DNA of 64,000 bases, from positions 32,001 to 96,000 of IMG/VR virus record IMGVR_UViG_2885526491_000007. One strand, 5' to 3'. The translations under genes were made by a program, and so were the position numbers. The notes below the pieces were generated by a model, which saw only the letters and a program-made list of their open reading frames with translations, did not search any database and was not told the DNA's origin. The first letter of the stretch is position 1; the number at the start of each line of letters is the position of its first letter. Positions 31,882 through 41,785 of this stretch are shown piece by piece. Source of the DNA: a virus (taxonomy: Duplodnaviria > Caudoviricetes).

Positions 31882-32328
31882 TCATTTTAGATTTTCAATT
31901 TCACTCATTAGGATTTTTTTATATTCATCCAGTCCAACAATATGAACGTGTGTGTCTGGTTCGCTGTGATAATATCCACTTTCATCGTCAATTTCGAATT
32001 CCTGCTCAGGATCATAGCAAGTGTAATGTACATATGTATTAGGGAACTTCATAATACTCTTATCGTATTTCTTGGTGTAGCCACCATATATACCTTCCTC
32101 TTCGTATCGATTCATATCTTCAATGCTTTCAAAATCCAGTACTTCAGCATCTTCGACTGACAAATGCACACCCCTACGTTTGATTTTGCAGTAATTGAAT
32201 TCGTAACTCTCAGCTTGATGTTCATAATCAAATTTCTGTCCATCACTTGTTTCCCATTTTTCTTCCACATGTTCACCTACTTGAATACTTTCAAAAACTG
32301 GAGTTTTAATTTCGATTTTCTTAGTCAT
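31882..32328 (-). CDS. acidic hypothetical protein
   Basis: AAGGAG RBS. Confidence 0.7.
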   Translation of the reverse strand: MTKKIEIKTPVFESIQVGEHVEEKWETSDGQKFDYEHQAESYEFNYCKIKRRGVHLSVEDAEVLDFESIEDMNRYEEEGIYGGYTKKYDKSIMKFPNTYVHYTCYDPEQEFEIDDESGYYHSEPDTHVHIVGLDEYKKILMSEIENLK

Positions 32329-32342
32329 TTAATCTTCTCCTT

Positions 32343-33059
32343 TTATGACCCAAAATGTCTGTCTGCTTTATTGCTATTCAAAATCTCAATTTCCTTATCA
32401 GTAAAACCTACGCTATGTAGTTTCAATAAAACTTTACTCATCTCTTTTTGTGTAATAGTCATTCCACGCTGGATAAATCGCGGAACCCGTACAATTGTTC
32501 CTACAATATCTCGTGCTCTTTGTTCGTTGTAAACCAACGCATTACCTTTCAGATATGACCAATCACTCAAAGTATATACTCGTTTATTTTTCCAATAGAA
32601 CATGTTGTGCCTGAAATCAAATTCCTGAATAACATCCTGCGGATCTCCTACCCATTGAGTAATAATTTGATACTTACCAATGGAGATTGCATTGTTTGTG
32701 ATAATCAAAGGTAAATCATGATATGTTCCACCACTTATATCACTGCCATGATATCCAGCACGTTCAATAAAGTATTCTCTAATCTCATTAACGAGAGATT
32801 GATTTACCAAGAAGAAGTCAAAGTCTTTAGGCTTCTTGTCGTGATATAGACTGTAGATACAGCCACCAGAAATATAAGCCTCCTCTTCAAACCGCTGCCA
32901 CATCTGAGTTGGTAGCAATTTGATCAATTCATTTTTAACTTCTCTTAAGTGATTGCTAATGTCGTTCAGTTTTTGCTTATGTATTTCTTCGCTACCTCTA
33001 TGTATTGTCTTTCTAAATAGATTACTCTTCAATAATAGCCGCTTAAATACGTTCAACAA
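32343..33059 (-). CDS. second Pol-beta-family nucleotidyltransferase-like protein
   Basis: AYISGGCIYS...PKDFDFF, FDFRH. Confidence 0.75.
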   Translation of the reverse strand: MLNVFKRLLLKSNLFRKTIHRGSEEIHKQKLNDISNHLREVKNELIKLLPTQMWQRFEEEAYISGGCIYSLYHDKKPKDFDFFLVNQSLVNEIREYFIERAGYHGSDISGGTYHDLPLIITNNAISIGKYQIITQWVGDPQDVIQEFDFRHNMFYWKNKRVYTLSDWSYLKGNALVYNEQRARDIVGTIVRVPRFIQRGMTITQKEMSKVLLKLHSVGFTDKEIEILNSNKADRHFGS

Positions 33060-33384
33060 CTCAGCTCCTCTCTTTAATCTTCATCAGTAAATTTATGTTC
33101 AACGCTTGCGGTAAATAGTTTTCAATACTAACATAGGCCGAGACTAGTGGGATGAGACAATCCGCATGAATAGTTTTTTCTGAGTAAATGCAAGGCTGAA
33201 CTTGAAAATTACTAACCTCACACTCGCCATCCTCATACTGCTTTTTTACCTCTTCAATGAATTCCTCTTTACTCAGAAAGTCATTAGCTAAACCATATAC
33301 AAAATCAGAATCTTCTGACCACAGCAACTCTTTTGCCATTTTTATCGTTCTCCTTTTCTAATTGAAATTCTCATTTCGTGAAAT

Positions 33385-33753
33385 TTAACAATACGATCCA
33401 ATCTTCCGTCTAACTGTGAAGCCTTGTGTATCTAAATACTCGTTCAATTCGCGCGCGCTAATGTTTCCATTATATTTACTCTCAATATCTTCAATTAAAA
33501 TGTCTACTGCTTTATCTGGCTTCTTAAATGGTTCTGTTGGTTCTGATTTCAATATGTATTTTGTAACTCCACCATCTAATTCTTCACTATGTATTTTGTA
33601 TCCACGTACATATAACTCTTGAATACGTGCATTGTATCGTAAAGCAATCTTATTTAGTTCTACGTTGGTTGCTCCTGAATCTCCTGCACGTTTTAATGCA
33701 GATACAATCTTATCCCTCTGCGTCTCTGTTCGTTCTTGAGTCTCTTTTTTCAT
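33385..33753 (-). CDS. winged-HTH protein
   Basis: TQRDKIVSALK...ELNKIALRYNARIQEL..RGYKI. Confidence 0.75.
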   Translation of the reverse strand: MKKETQERTETQRDKIVSALKRAGDSGATNVELNKIALRYNARIQELYVRGYKIHSEELDGGVTKYILKSEPTEPFKKPDKAVDILIEDIESKYNGNISARELNEYLDTQGFTVRRKIGSYC

Positions 33754-34029
33754 CTATTCTCCTTTCTTAGATCTAGCTTCTTTAAGCCGTTCAGCAGCAG
33801 CTTGTTTCTGCTCCTCAGTCCATACTCGACCACTACTCTTAGCCCGGAATGACACCTGTCCATAATCGCCTTTGAAATAATGTCCTCCATGCTCATCGAC
33901 CCGCAACAATTCCAATCCCGCTTTCTTAATCTTTGTAATTACTTTGGAAGAACAACTATAGACTTCCCACTCATTAGTTTCGTCATTACAAACACAAACT
34001 GTCTCACGCTCAATAGCAGTAAAACTCAA
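33754..34029 (-). CDS. hypothetical protein
   Basis: ERETV...W.VYS...TEEQKQAAAERL. Confidence 0.7.
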   Translation of the reverse strand: MSFTAIERETVCVCNDETNEWEVYSCSSKVITKIKKAGLELLRVDEHGGHYFKGDYGQVSFRAKSSGRVWTEEQKQAAAERLKEARSKKGE

Positions 34030-34308
34030 CCAACATCAACTCCCTTATTAAACTTTCTCTTTAACAACAAATCCTATTTTAATTTTCTGTTTATAGTATT
34101 CCTCGGCAGGTACTTCCTTTTCAGTTGCTCTTCTACATCTCAAACATCTACTTAAAGATTCTGACTCATAAATTTCGCCATCACACTTAATGCATTTATC
34201 GATCAATATCTTAGTCACCTTTCCTGATCAAAGTTTCATTTTATATACATCCTCCGAACTACATGGTATATTTATCCTATAAATTTACATGATTAATAGG
34301 AGGAAAGT

Positions 34309-34641
34309 ATGAGTAGTTTGTCTAGAGTTAACAATAAGCGTGTTCCCAAAGAAAAAGATCAAACAAACAAAGCGGTAGTATCATTCATTTTCAGTTTGTT
34401 GGGTGTAATAACTTTAATTTGGGTATTATACGGAACAGCTAAAGCAGACGAGTTTATGTTTAGGCCATTCCTTATCACTTTGTTCTTCAACTTAGGTGCA
34501 ATGATTCTTGGTTGGAAGTCAAGAAATTCACTTGAGTTGAAAGGGCTGGCTGTAGCTGCCATTACTATTAGCGCAATCCCTTTAGCATTAATTGCTTTCG
34601 TAGTAATTTCTACTTTACCCGCTTTAATTAGAATGCTTTAG
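34309..34641 (+). CDS. 3-TM membrane protein (DUF4190-like), moron
   Basis: NKAVVSFIFSLLG...GLAVAAI; AGGAGG RBS; terminator at 34666-34690. Confidence 0.8.
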   Translation: MSSLSRVNNKRVPKEKDQTNKAVVSFIFSLLGVITLIWVLYGTAKADEFMFRPFLITLFFNLGAMILGWKSRNSLELKGLAVAAITISAIPLALIAFVVISTLPALIRML

Positions 34642-34704
34642 AAACATGTACATATTATTTAATTAGGAGAGCCTTAACGGGCTCTTTTTAAAATGCTGAT
34701 TTTA

Positions 34705-34929
34705 CTAAAACATCTTTCGGTATCCTTCTTTTTGCCAAGAACCACATAGACCTTCATCTTCCATTCGTTCAATCACATAACTTGCTCCATACCAATTAAC
34801 AGAGAAAGTTCTCATCACCCATTCAACATAGATAACACCATTTGATTTTGCCTTTCCAACAATCTCATCATAAATACCATTGGCCTTTTTAATAGAGTCA
34901 TCTATGTATTCTTGTGTTATTTCATTCAT
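34705..34929 (-). CDS. FtsK-gamma-like winged-helix protein
   Basis: VMRTFSVNWYGASYVIERMEDEGL resembles LQRxxxIGYNRAARLIEQME..G. Confidence 0.55.
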   Translation of the reverse strand: MNEITQEYIDDSIKKANGIYDEIVGKAKSNGVIYVEWVMRTFSVNWYGASYVIERMEDEGLCGSWQKEGYRKMF

Positions 34930-34933
34930 ATTT

Positions 34934-35494
34934 TCACTCTCCCTTCTTATGAGTAGCAGTGTTATTTTCTATTAACGAATCAAAATCTAACTCACTTAAA
35001 ATCTTTAACAGTCTTTCTACTTTTGGAGCTCTCCACGCTGTCATTGCATATGTATGTGCCTTACTTGTGTAATGGTAATGGTTTAACTCAAGATGTCGTT
35101 TTGCTTCTGCTTTAGTCAGAAACATTGTATTTGGAGCAATAAAATCTTCTTCTTTCACAAATACCGAATCAAAATATCCATCCTCATTCAAATTGTTTGT
35201 TATGTATTGCCAGAGATATTCAATATCTTCATTGTTTAAATGCCATCTCAACTCATCATCTATGTCTTCCTCATAGTGTTCCTCAATGAACTCTTTTAGG
35301 TGGTTAAAGTCTTCAAATACTACATGATCACCATCGTTGAAGTAATACTGTAGTTCTCCACTATCATAATCTTCATTTCCGGGTGACTTTTTATAATCCA
35401 TGATCGTCCAGAAACGTGGCGCTGCTTGACAGTCATTCTCTTGAGTATTTAATTCTGTTTGCAGCTCTTTTAGAAACTTTAAATCCTCGTTCAT
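34934..35494 (-). CDS. conserved phage protein
   Basis: ELNTQENDCQAAPRFW...FLTKAEAKRHLELNHYHY...AWRAP. Confidence 0.8.
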   Translation of the reverse strand: MNEDLKFLKELQTELNTQENDCQAAPRFWTIMDYKKSPGNEDYDSGELQYYFNDGDHVVFEDFNHLKEFIEEHYEEDIDDELRWHLNNEDIEYLWQYITNNLNEDGYFDSVFVKEEDFIAPNTMFLTKAEAKRHLELNHYHYTSKAHTYAMTAWRAPKVERLLKILSELDFDSLIENNTATHKKGE

Positions 35495-35754
35495 TCATAC
35501 ACTCCTTTTCTCAGTAAATGATCGATTTCATCTAATCTTGATGATCGTATATGTATTCGAGTTCAAACTCTACGTTCAACGCCTCAAGTAAATTCCTTAC
35601 AACATCCTCATCAACATCTGTAAATGTACCAACTAACTTTTCATTGACAATTAACTCTGTTCCCCATTCGCTACAGCAACCATCAGAGCAACTGTAATGG
35701 TAGTCTCGGACTACAATCTTGTTCAGCAGTTTCACCCCCTTTATACTCCCCCTA

Positions 35755-36087
35755 CTAGAAGAAATGGACATGTTCTTTCCAGTTATAACTATCATCATGT
35801 TCTCCATAAAAGTCTGGTGATCTCAACATAGTTAAAATATAATTAACCGCATCTGAAACTACAGACAAAGACTTGTCAATGTAAACTTCTTGATATCTAT
35901 ATCCCCTGCAACCCTCAAAGTACTTTTTAGCCTTAAATGTTCCTACAGTTGTTTTAATACGATCATTTTCTCTTTTCACAATGGATATCTCAGGTAAGAA
36001 TCTGACTAGCTCATTCATCTTCGCTTCTGCCTTTGATTGATCATCAGAAAATATCATTGTGCTAACATGTGTAGCATTCATACTCAT
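35755..36087 (-). CDS. hypothetical protein
   Basis: RBS AAGGAGAG; RGYRYQEVYID. Confidence 0.65.
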   Translation of the reverse strand: MSMNATHVSTMIFSDDQSKAEAKMNELVRFLPEISIVKRENDRIKTTVGTFKAKKYFEGCRGYRYQEVYIDKSLSVVSDAVNYILTMLRSPDFYGEHDDSYNWKEHVHFF

Positions 36088-36127
36088 GTCATCTCTCCTT
36101 TCTTGATCAAATATCAATTTTATTCAA

Positions 36128-36949
36128 CTACACAACTTGCTCTAGTTCCGTTGCCGCTAAAGAGATATGCTTATATTTTGTATTACATAAGTTTTCTAGC
36201 ATACTTTTGCGTTGTTTAAAGTCTATTTGACCTATAATCAATGCAATATCCACAAGTTGTAGTTCATACAAAGTTTGATTGATCTGAATTGTCAAATTGT
36301 CTCTTGTTTTATCATCCTCTATTTCTAAAAATAATCTTATTTGCTTAGCTTTCGCTCCTAAAAGACACTCATTAATCATATCGGCTTCATTGCTATAGAC
36401 AAAAATATTCGCTTCTTTCCCATTATGAGTTAACTTGTAATTACTATTTACTGCTTCACATAGTTGTTTGTATCCTTCTTTTTCTGGATTACGTACTAGT
36501 ATCCATTTTTCCATATCGCGAACTGCTCGTTCCAATAGGATAAAATACGAACGAACTTCTTTTCCTTTTGCACTATTTTCTGATAAAGCAATGTGCTTAG
36601 CAGATTCTACAGTAAAATATTGATTCTCCAGTTCTTTAAATCCATCATTTACAAGGTGGATTTTTTTCCACCTTGTAATATAATCAACGTTCTCAGTCCA
36701 CCCCTGCTTTCTAACCTTTCTATTGAACCAATGGTTGTATTTATCATATGGTTTCCCAAGATGCTCCCAAAGAATCCGATTATCAATAACAAAATTTTTC
36801 TCAGTGTGTTCCTGTAGAAGCTCAGGAAAATCTTTTTGGTATTTCATTACAATCTTGATTTCTTTTTCATTAAAACCTAATTTATTTCGTAAGTCTTTTT
36901 TCTCAAAAACCTTGATCTTATTCCCATTATCGAGTTTAATATTTTTTAT
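36128..36949 (-). CDS. AntA/AntB-type antirepressor; probable ATA start
   Basis: IDNRILWEHLG...WF...ENVDY...YFTVESAKHIAL.ENS.KGKEVRSYFI; frame open up to ATA behind AAAGGAGAG. Confidence 0.85.
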   Translation of the reverse strand: MKNIKLDNGNKIKVFEKKDLRNKLGFNEKEIKIVMKYQKDFPELLQEHTEKNFVIDNRILWEHLGKPYDKYNHWFNRKVRKQGWTENVDYITRWKKIHLVNDGFKELENQYFTVESAKHIALSENSAKGKEVRSYFILLERAVRDMEKWILVRNPEKEGYKQLCEAVNSNYKLTHNGKEANIFVYSNEADMINECLLGAKAKQIRLFLEIEDDKTRDNLTIQINQTLYELQLVDIALIIGQIDFKQRKSMLENLCNTKYKHISLAATELEQVV

Positions 36950-37009
36950 TTGAATACTCTCCTTTAATTATTTGTTTCTTCTTATTTGATTCTAAATAAA
37001 TTCTTTATT

Positions 37010-37309
37010 TCACTGACTCTTAGATTCCTTATACTTCCCAATCAATTCCTCACGGGTCATACTGAGCAATGTAATCGCAAATTCAAGTAAATTACAATCT
37101 GAAAAATCTTCTTTCCGACAGTAGTTGCAGCTCGTCCCTTGTTCCCAAGTGCTACCCTCTGGAGTGAATCCATCTTCCTCTTCTCGATAACCCTCTGTGT
37201 CAGCACATTCATCACAACACCAGTGCATACCACATTCACAACCAGTGTAGCTTCCACAGTCAGGAAATGTATCCTCACAGCTATTGCATGTATAATAATC
37301 TACTCCCAC
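37010..37309 (-). CDS. Cys-rich hypothetical protein
   Basis: MGVDYYTC..C..TFPDCG...CECG...CNYC. Confidence 0.75.
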   Translation of the reverse strand: MGVDYYTCNSCEDTFPDCGSYTGCECGMHWCCDECADTEGYREEEDGFTPEGSTWEQGTSCNYCRKEDFSDCNLLEFAITLLSMTREELIGKYKESKSQ

Positions 37310-37332
37310 TTATAAGTCCTTCTTTCTATGTT

Positions 37333-37756
37333 TTATTTACTCTTGAACAAATCCATCAATTCCTGATAATCATCCACTAAAGACTGTCTACCTACTTTTA
37401 TGTATTGTCTTACTACATCTGCCTGACAATTCAAGCTTTTACCTTTGAAGATGTCATTGAATTCATCAAATTGTTTCGCATATTCTACAAGCTCTGGATT
37501 ATTGTCCAAGTAGTTAACCCACAACATCTTATACCATTGAGATAGTAATCTTAATTCATATTGTCTTCCGTTCAATTCGCATGTGTGTAGGTTCCTTGCC
37601 TTTTGCATCCTTCCAGTTAGAAGGTTTAGATTCACCAAACCTTTTACTCAGTTGATAGTGGTTTTCTATTGAATCATATCTTTCCCAAGCCCTAACCTTT
37701 GCATAAAATGCTGAATAACGTTTATCGCCTTTAGACGAGCATTCAAGAACTTTTAT
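37333..37756 (-). pseudogene. NADAR-family protein (DarT1-associated type), frameshifted near 37585; ATA start
   Basis: 5' frame: KVLECSSKGDKRYSAFYA...SIENHYQLSK...DAKGK; 3' frame: WYKMLW..YLDNNPELVEYAKQFD.FNDIF...NCQA. Confidence 0.65.
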
Positions 37757-37787
37757 ACTTAGCTACCCCCTATGGAAACTATTTCGC

Positions 37788-38150
37788 TTATTCGTATGTA
37801 TTAATTACTTTCTCAATGTCGTTCAATATCTTTTTTATTTCTTCAGCATTCTTTCCAAAAATTGAGCCACCACTTGATTTAATCTCGAACTTGAAGTTGT
37901 CCTTGTTCATCTCTGGTTCAACTGGAACAGTGTTATAGATCAATGTGCCTTTTGGAAAAGTCTTTTTGGTGTAGCTGTCGCAATAATCTTCTTTAAGCTC
38001 TGTTAAACCTTTACATCCTCTATTCTGCTTAACGCTTTTCTTAGATCTGATCCAGCAATGACCAAGTGTTTTAAACTTATGTACTTCTAAAAGCAAACCT
38101 TCTCTGACTCTCCATATATCTTTAATTGCGTGTGATTGAATTTTTTCCAT
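37788..38150 (-). CDS. hypothetical protein
   Basis: ORF overlapping the upstream gene. Confidence 0.65.
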   Translation of the reverse strand: MEKIQSHAIKDIWRVREGLLLEVHKFKTLGHCWIRSKKSVKQNRGCKGLTELKEDYCDSYTKKTFPKGTLIYNTVPVEPEMNKDNFKFEIKSSGGSIFGKNAEEIKKILNDIEKVINTYE

Positions 38151-38502
38151 ATGTATCGATCCGTTTCTGTAATTTCTTTTTAATTCGTTTGTTCTTTGTC
38201 TTTTTTTTCAATTTTGTTAATTTATCTGCTTCTACTTGGTTCAAAATTTCACTAGTTTTCTGATTGTTCCAGATTAGAAACTGTGGCTCTTGTGGAGGAA
38301 GACCTTCAACTTCTCCAGATGACCATGTCTCGGCTTTAGCAACCTGATCTCCATACCAACTTACATGTAATTTATTGGCCTTCACATTGCCTTCAATGTC
38401 CATTTTAAACTTGTCTTCCTTAAATACTTCCGCTGCCAACGGTTTAACTGGTGTACTAAATTTACTTGCTACTTTTTTAATGAATGCTTTAAATTTACTC
38501 AT
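38122..38502 (-). CDS. hypothetical basic protein
   Basis: AAGGAGAG RBS. Confidence 0.7.
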   Translation of the reverse strand: MSKFKAFIKKVASKFSTPVKPLAAEVFKEDKFKMDIEGNVKANKLHVSWYGDQVAKAETWSSGEVEGLPPQEPQFLIWNNQKTSEILNQVEADKLTKLKKKTKNKRIKKKLQKRIDTYGKNSITRN

Positions 38503-38725
38503 TCGATCTCTCCTTGTTATATGAATTTATATTTCCGATGAAATACAGCTTTTACTGTGACTCAAGGCGTTCAATTAACTCTTGCACCTTGAGTCCGTAT
38601 TCAGTTCTACTTGCTTTTGCTGAATCAATTACTTTAATAATGTCACTCTGCTTAGAGACGATCTGTTTGACCATCTCATCCACAGAGGTTTCACTTATGT
38701 ATTTAACTGTTTTAAGCCTATTCAT

Positions 38726-39253
38726 CTAAAGTTTCGATTCAACTTTGATGATGTTTCTGATAATTTTAACTGCTTTGTCAAAATCATAGTTGGGAACCTG
38801 ATAGTCATAACGCTTCTTACTAAACTTAATTCCGTCAGTATTGATACGAGACAGAATTCTAAGTACATCGTCACCACGTTTTTGCATACGTTTCATGCGT
38901 GTCTCTTTATCGACTTTCAGATAAATTACTACAAATTCAACATCCTTCATGCGCTCTTTTAAATCCTTAATACCCACAGGGTCAACAACGTAAATATCCG
39001 AATTCAAGAGTTGTTTCTTCGTTGCGAAGTAATGGTATCCTTGGATTTGAGAATACGCGGCAATCTCATCTTTTGCTTTATACTTCCCATACTCTTCATC
39101 GTTACAAAATGTGTGTCCCCACTCATTCTTATGACGTTGTGGTCTTGTGGTATAGGACTGCAAGATTTTATATCCGTCTTTTTCAAGTTCTTTTACAATC
39201 TCAGTCTTACCAGCTCCTGAGTAAGCCATAATGCAGAATATTTTCTTCTTCAT
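38726..39253 (-). CDS. guanylate kinase-like protein
   Basis: AYSGAGKT, SYTTRPQR, YVVDPVG, RMQKRGD. Confidence 0.9.
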   Translation of the reverse strand: MKKKIFCIMAYSGAGKTEIVKELEKDGYKILQSYTTRPQRHKNEWGHTFCNDEEYGKYKAKDEIAAYSQIQGYHYFATKKQLLNSDIYVVDPVGIKDLKERMKDVEFVVIYLKVDKETRMKRMQKRGDDVLRILSRINTDGIKFSKKRYDYQVPNYDFDKAVKIIRNIIKVESKL

Positions 39254-39269
39254 ATGTATTCATCCTCTA

Positions 39270-39779
39270 CTACTCAATAATTCTTACTTTTACGTGCTTC
39301 TTTCGTCCGAATTCCAGAGCTTCCTCTTCGCTCTCAAAGTACACGTCGATTTTTTGCCCCTTAATCGCGCCACCTTTATCGAGGACGGTTCTTTCGCCTA
39401 CTCCATCTATGTAAACACGAGTTCCTTTAGGGAGCACTCGCCAGTCAGCAGCTATTGTGACACCCTCTTCTGTTTTAGCTCCACTTGCTGTGATACCATA
39501 GTCGGGATCACCTTTACTTTTCCCTGTGCTATTTTCATGATTGGTATATGCAGTTAATTCAAAGTACATCCAATCATTCTCATCATTGCTATTTTTACTT
39601 GCAGTTGCTTTAACTTGCTTGACTTCCTTTTGAACAACTTTCTTAACCTCAACGGACTTATCAACTTTTTTAACACTCTCAATCTTAGTCGTGTTTTTCG
39701 CTTCTCGTGCTTGATTGGCACTTTCTAATCCTGCCTGACCAATGGACAGTGCCAACAATAGAGATAGGAGTACTTCCAA
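39270..39779 (-). CDS. secreted 3D-domain protein (YorM-like)
   Basis: TAYT...GITASG...IAAD..VLPKGT...DKGGAIKGQKIDVY. Confidence 0.93.
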   Translation of the reverse strand: MEVLLSLLLALSIGQAGLESANQAREAKNTTKIESVKKVDKSVEVKKVVQKEVKQVKATASKNSNDENDWMYFELTAYTNHENSTGKSKGDPDYGITASGAKTEEGVTIAADWRVLPKGTRVYIDGVGERTVLDKGGAIKGQKIDVYFESEEEALEFGRKKHVKVRIIE

Positions 39780-40055
39780 CGTATCACCTTCCTGATATTT
39801 GATTATAGTAAAGCCCCACTATCTCAAGTGAGGCCGTATGTATTATTGATTTACCACTGCGTGATGACAACACCATTATCTTTAATGAAAGCAATGGCTT
39901 CACCGTTTTCATTTTCAATCCATCCCTGATAGCCTGTTTCAGATCCCTTTGAATATTGATAATATTTCATATTTTTCACCTCCTTAAAATATCATTTGAA
40001 CACTTGATCAGATGGACAATGTACCATTTTTAATGCTCTCGGCAATTCTATTCAT

Positions 40056-40448
40056 TTATTTTTTTGTCTCTTCGCTTATTGATCCGGGTAAACTTTGAAT
40101 TACATCGATCTTCATGCAAAGTGGTAAACTGGACTTCACACTCATCAGTCGTTTGATTAACCGTAATTTACTTTGATAGTTTTTCATGTTACCGATTTTA
40201 ATATCCTCTTTTGTCTCACTCTGAATACCTGTAATTTCTGACTCGATAGATTGGTTTAATTTATCGAAAAATTCTTTATATTTAATTAATTCAGGATTTT
40301 TAGTACTAGACACAATTAAACTCACAATTAGCCCAATACTATCAACCACCGTTTTATAGTCCTCCGCCTGACCTGACTTTCTAAGGTTCACAAGAAGCTC
40401 CATTAACTCACCAATATCATCTTTATAAGAATCAATATTAACGGTCAT
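40056..40448 (-). CDS. hypothetical protein
   Basis: AGGAGAG RBS. Confidence 0.65.
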   Translation of the reverse strand: MTVNIDSYKDDIGELMELLVNLRKSGQAEDYKTVVDSIGLIVSLIVSSTKNPELIKYKEFFDKLNQSIESEITGIQSETKEDIKIGNMKNYQSKLRLIKRLMSVKSSLPLCMKIDVIQSLPGSISEETKK

Positions 40449-40547
40449 ATTCTCTCCTATCGTCTATATGTAGATCTATATAGTTTGTTATAATCTACAT
40501 ATAGACATCTATTCTTTATGAAATCTGTCTTTCACAAACTCTATGTA

Positions 40548-41696
40548 TTAGATTGATTTTACGAAATCAAGCGCTTCTTGAAGCTTCTCTGTATCAGTAA
40601 TTGTTCTGAAATTAGGAACACCAAGGATATCTTTAAATTTTGGCACAATCTTTTCGGTTTTATCATTAGAACTGAAACGATCAACCTCTGTTTGAATGGC
40701 GTTGATTAAGTCGTCGGCTGAAGCTTTTGCTTCCTCGTTTTCAGCAAATTCTTGTGCTTTTTGTTCCTGAACTGTTTCTTGTTCTTCCTCAATCTTCACA
40801 ATATTCTTTCTTGACTCAGCATCCATTTGGCCTTTTACAGCCTCCTCATAGATTCGCATAAACTCTTTAGAACTATAAGGAACGGGCTCGGATGGTAGGT
40901 TTACATAGCGACCACCACCAATGGACACAAATTCATTCGGACGGAACAGCATCATGACCTGAGTCTCATGGAAAGCACTAGCTTTATCCTTACCTTTTTT
41001 GTCTTTGATATTTTCATCCAATTCATTTCCATCTTTGTCCAAAATCACGGTATCGTTATATAGCGTACAAATCAGACTAGCCTGAGACTCGAACACCTTT
41101 TTACCAGTAGCAGACATCATCATATCAATAGATGTAAATTTGTTGCCATTGCGAAGAGTAGTTTCTCTCTCTTTAGACCATGCGAGAGACATCGTTCCGT
41201 AGCCCGAATTTTCTAATGTATCGAATTGTTTATTCATTTCTGCCGTAAGAAGTGTGTATCCATTATCAGAGGTTTTATCACTAATTTCTTTAAGAGAAGT
41301 ATATCTTGACCCATTTCTCTTGTTGAAGTCTCTAATTACCCACTCTTCTGCTGCTGCCATAGCTTTATCAGCCGTATCTACGCCAAGAAGTTTAACAATT
41401 TTATTTGTACTTGCTTCCTCAACAAGATCCTTTACAACTGTACTTCGGAAATATTCCCATTGATCTGCTGGAGTTTTACCTTTAGCATGAATAGGGACAA
41501 CGTTCTTCAAACTCCATGTTTCCCAACCTTTTTCAAATGATAGTAACATGTAGTCATCAGGATTGTCGTAATGAAGTTCGGTTACTTCTTTCCAAAGTCG
41601 TGTTTTACCCGACTTATAATTTCCTACTATAAGCGAACGAATTCCATGTAAAGCTACCTTTGGTACATTGTTAATTACTGCGTCTCTCAATCCCAT
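40548..41696 (-). CDS. AAA_24/Sak4-like ATPase (YorG-like)
   Basis: GNYKSGKT, FEKG, GVDTAD. Confidence 0.8.
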   Translation of the reverse strand: MGLRDAVINNVPKVALHGIRSLIVGNYKSGKTRLWKEVTELHYDNPDDYMLLSFEKGWETWSLKNVVPIHAKGKTPADQWEYFRSTVVKDLVEEASTNKIVKLLGVDTADKAMAAAEEWVIRDFNKRNGSRYTSLKEISDKTSDNGYTLLTAEMNKQFDTLENSGYGTMSLAWSKERETTLRNGNKFTSIDMMMSATGKKVFESQASLICTLYNDTVILDKDGNELDENIKDKKGKDKASAFHETQVMMLFRPNEFVSIGGGRYVNLPSEPVPYSSKEFMRIYEEAVKGQMDAESRKNIVKIEEEQETVQEQKAQEFAENEEAKASADDLINAIQTEVDRFSSNDKTEKIVPKFKDILGVPNFRTITDTEKLQEALDFVKSI

Positions 41697-41785
41697 AAAT
41701 TAAACATCTCTCCCTGATATTATTTTTTTTATTTTAAATTAGTTGTTTAGGAGTGCCATAAGACACTCCATATCTCAATTACCAA

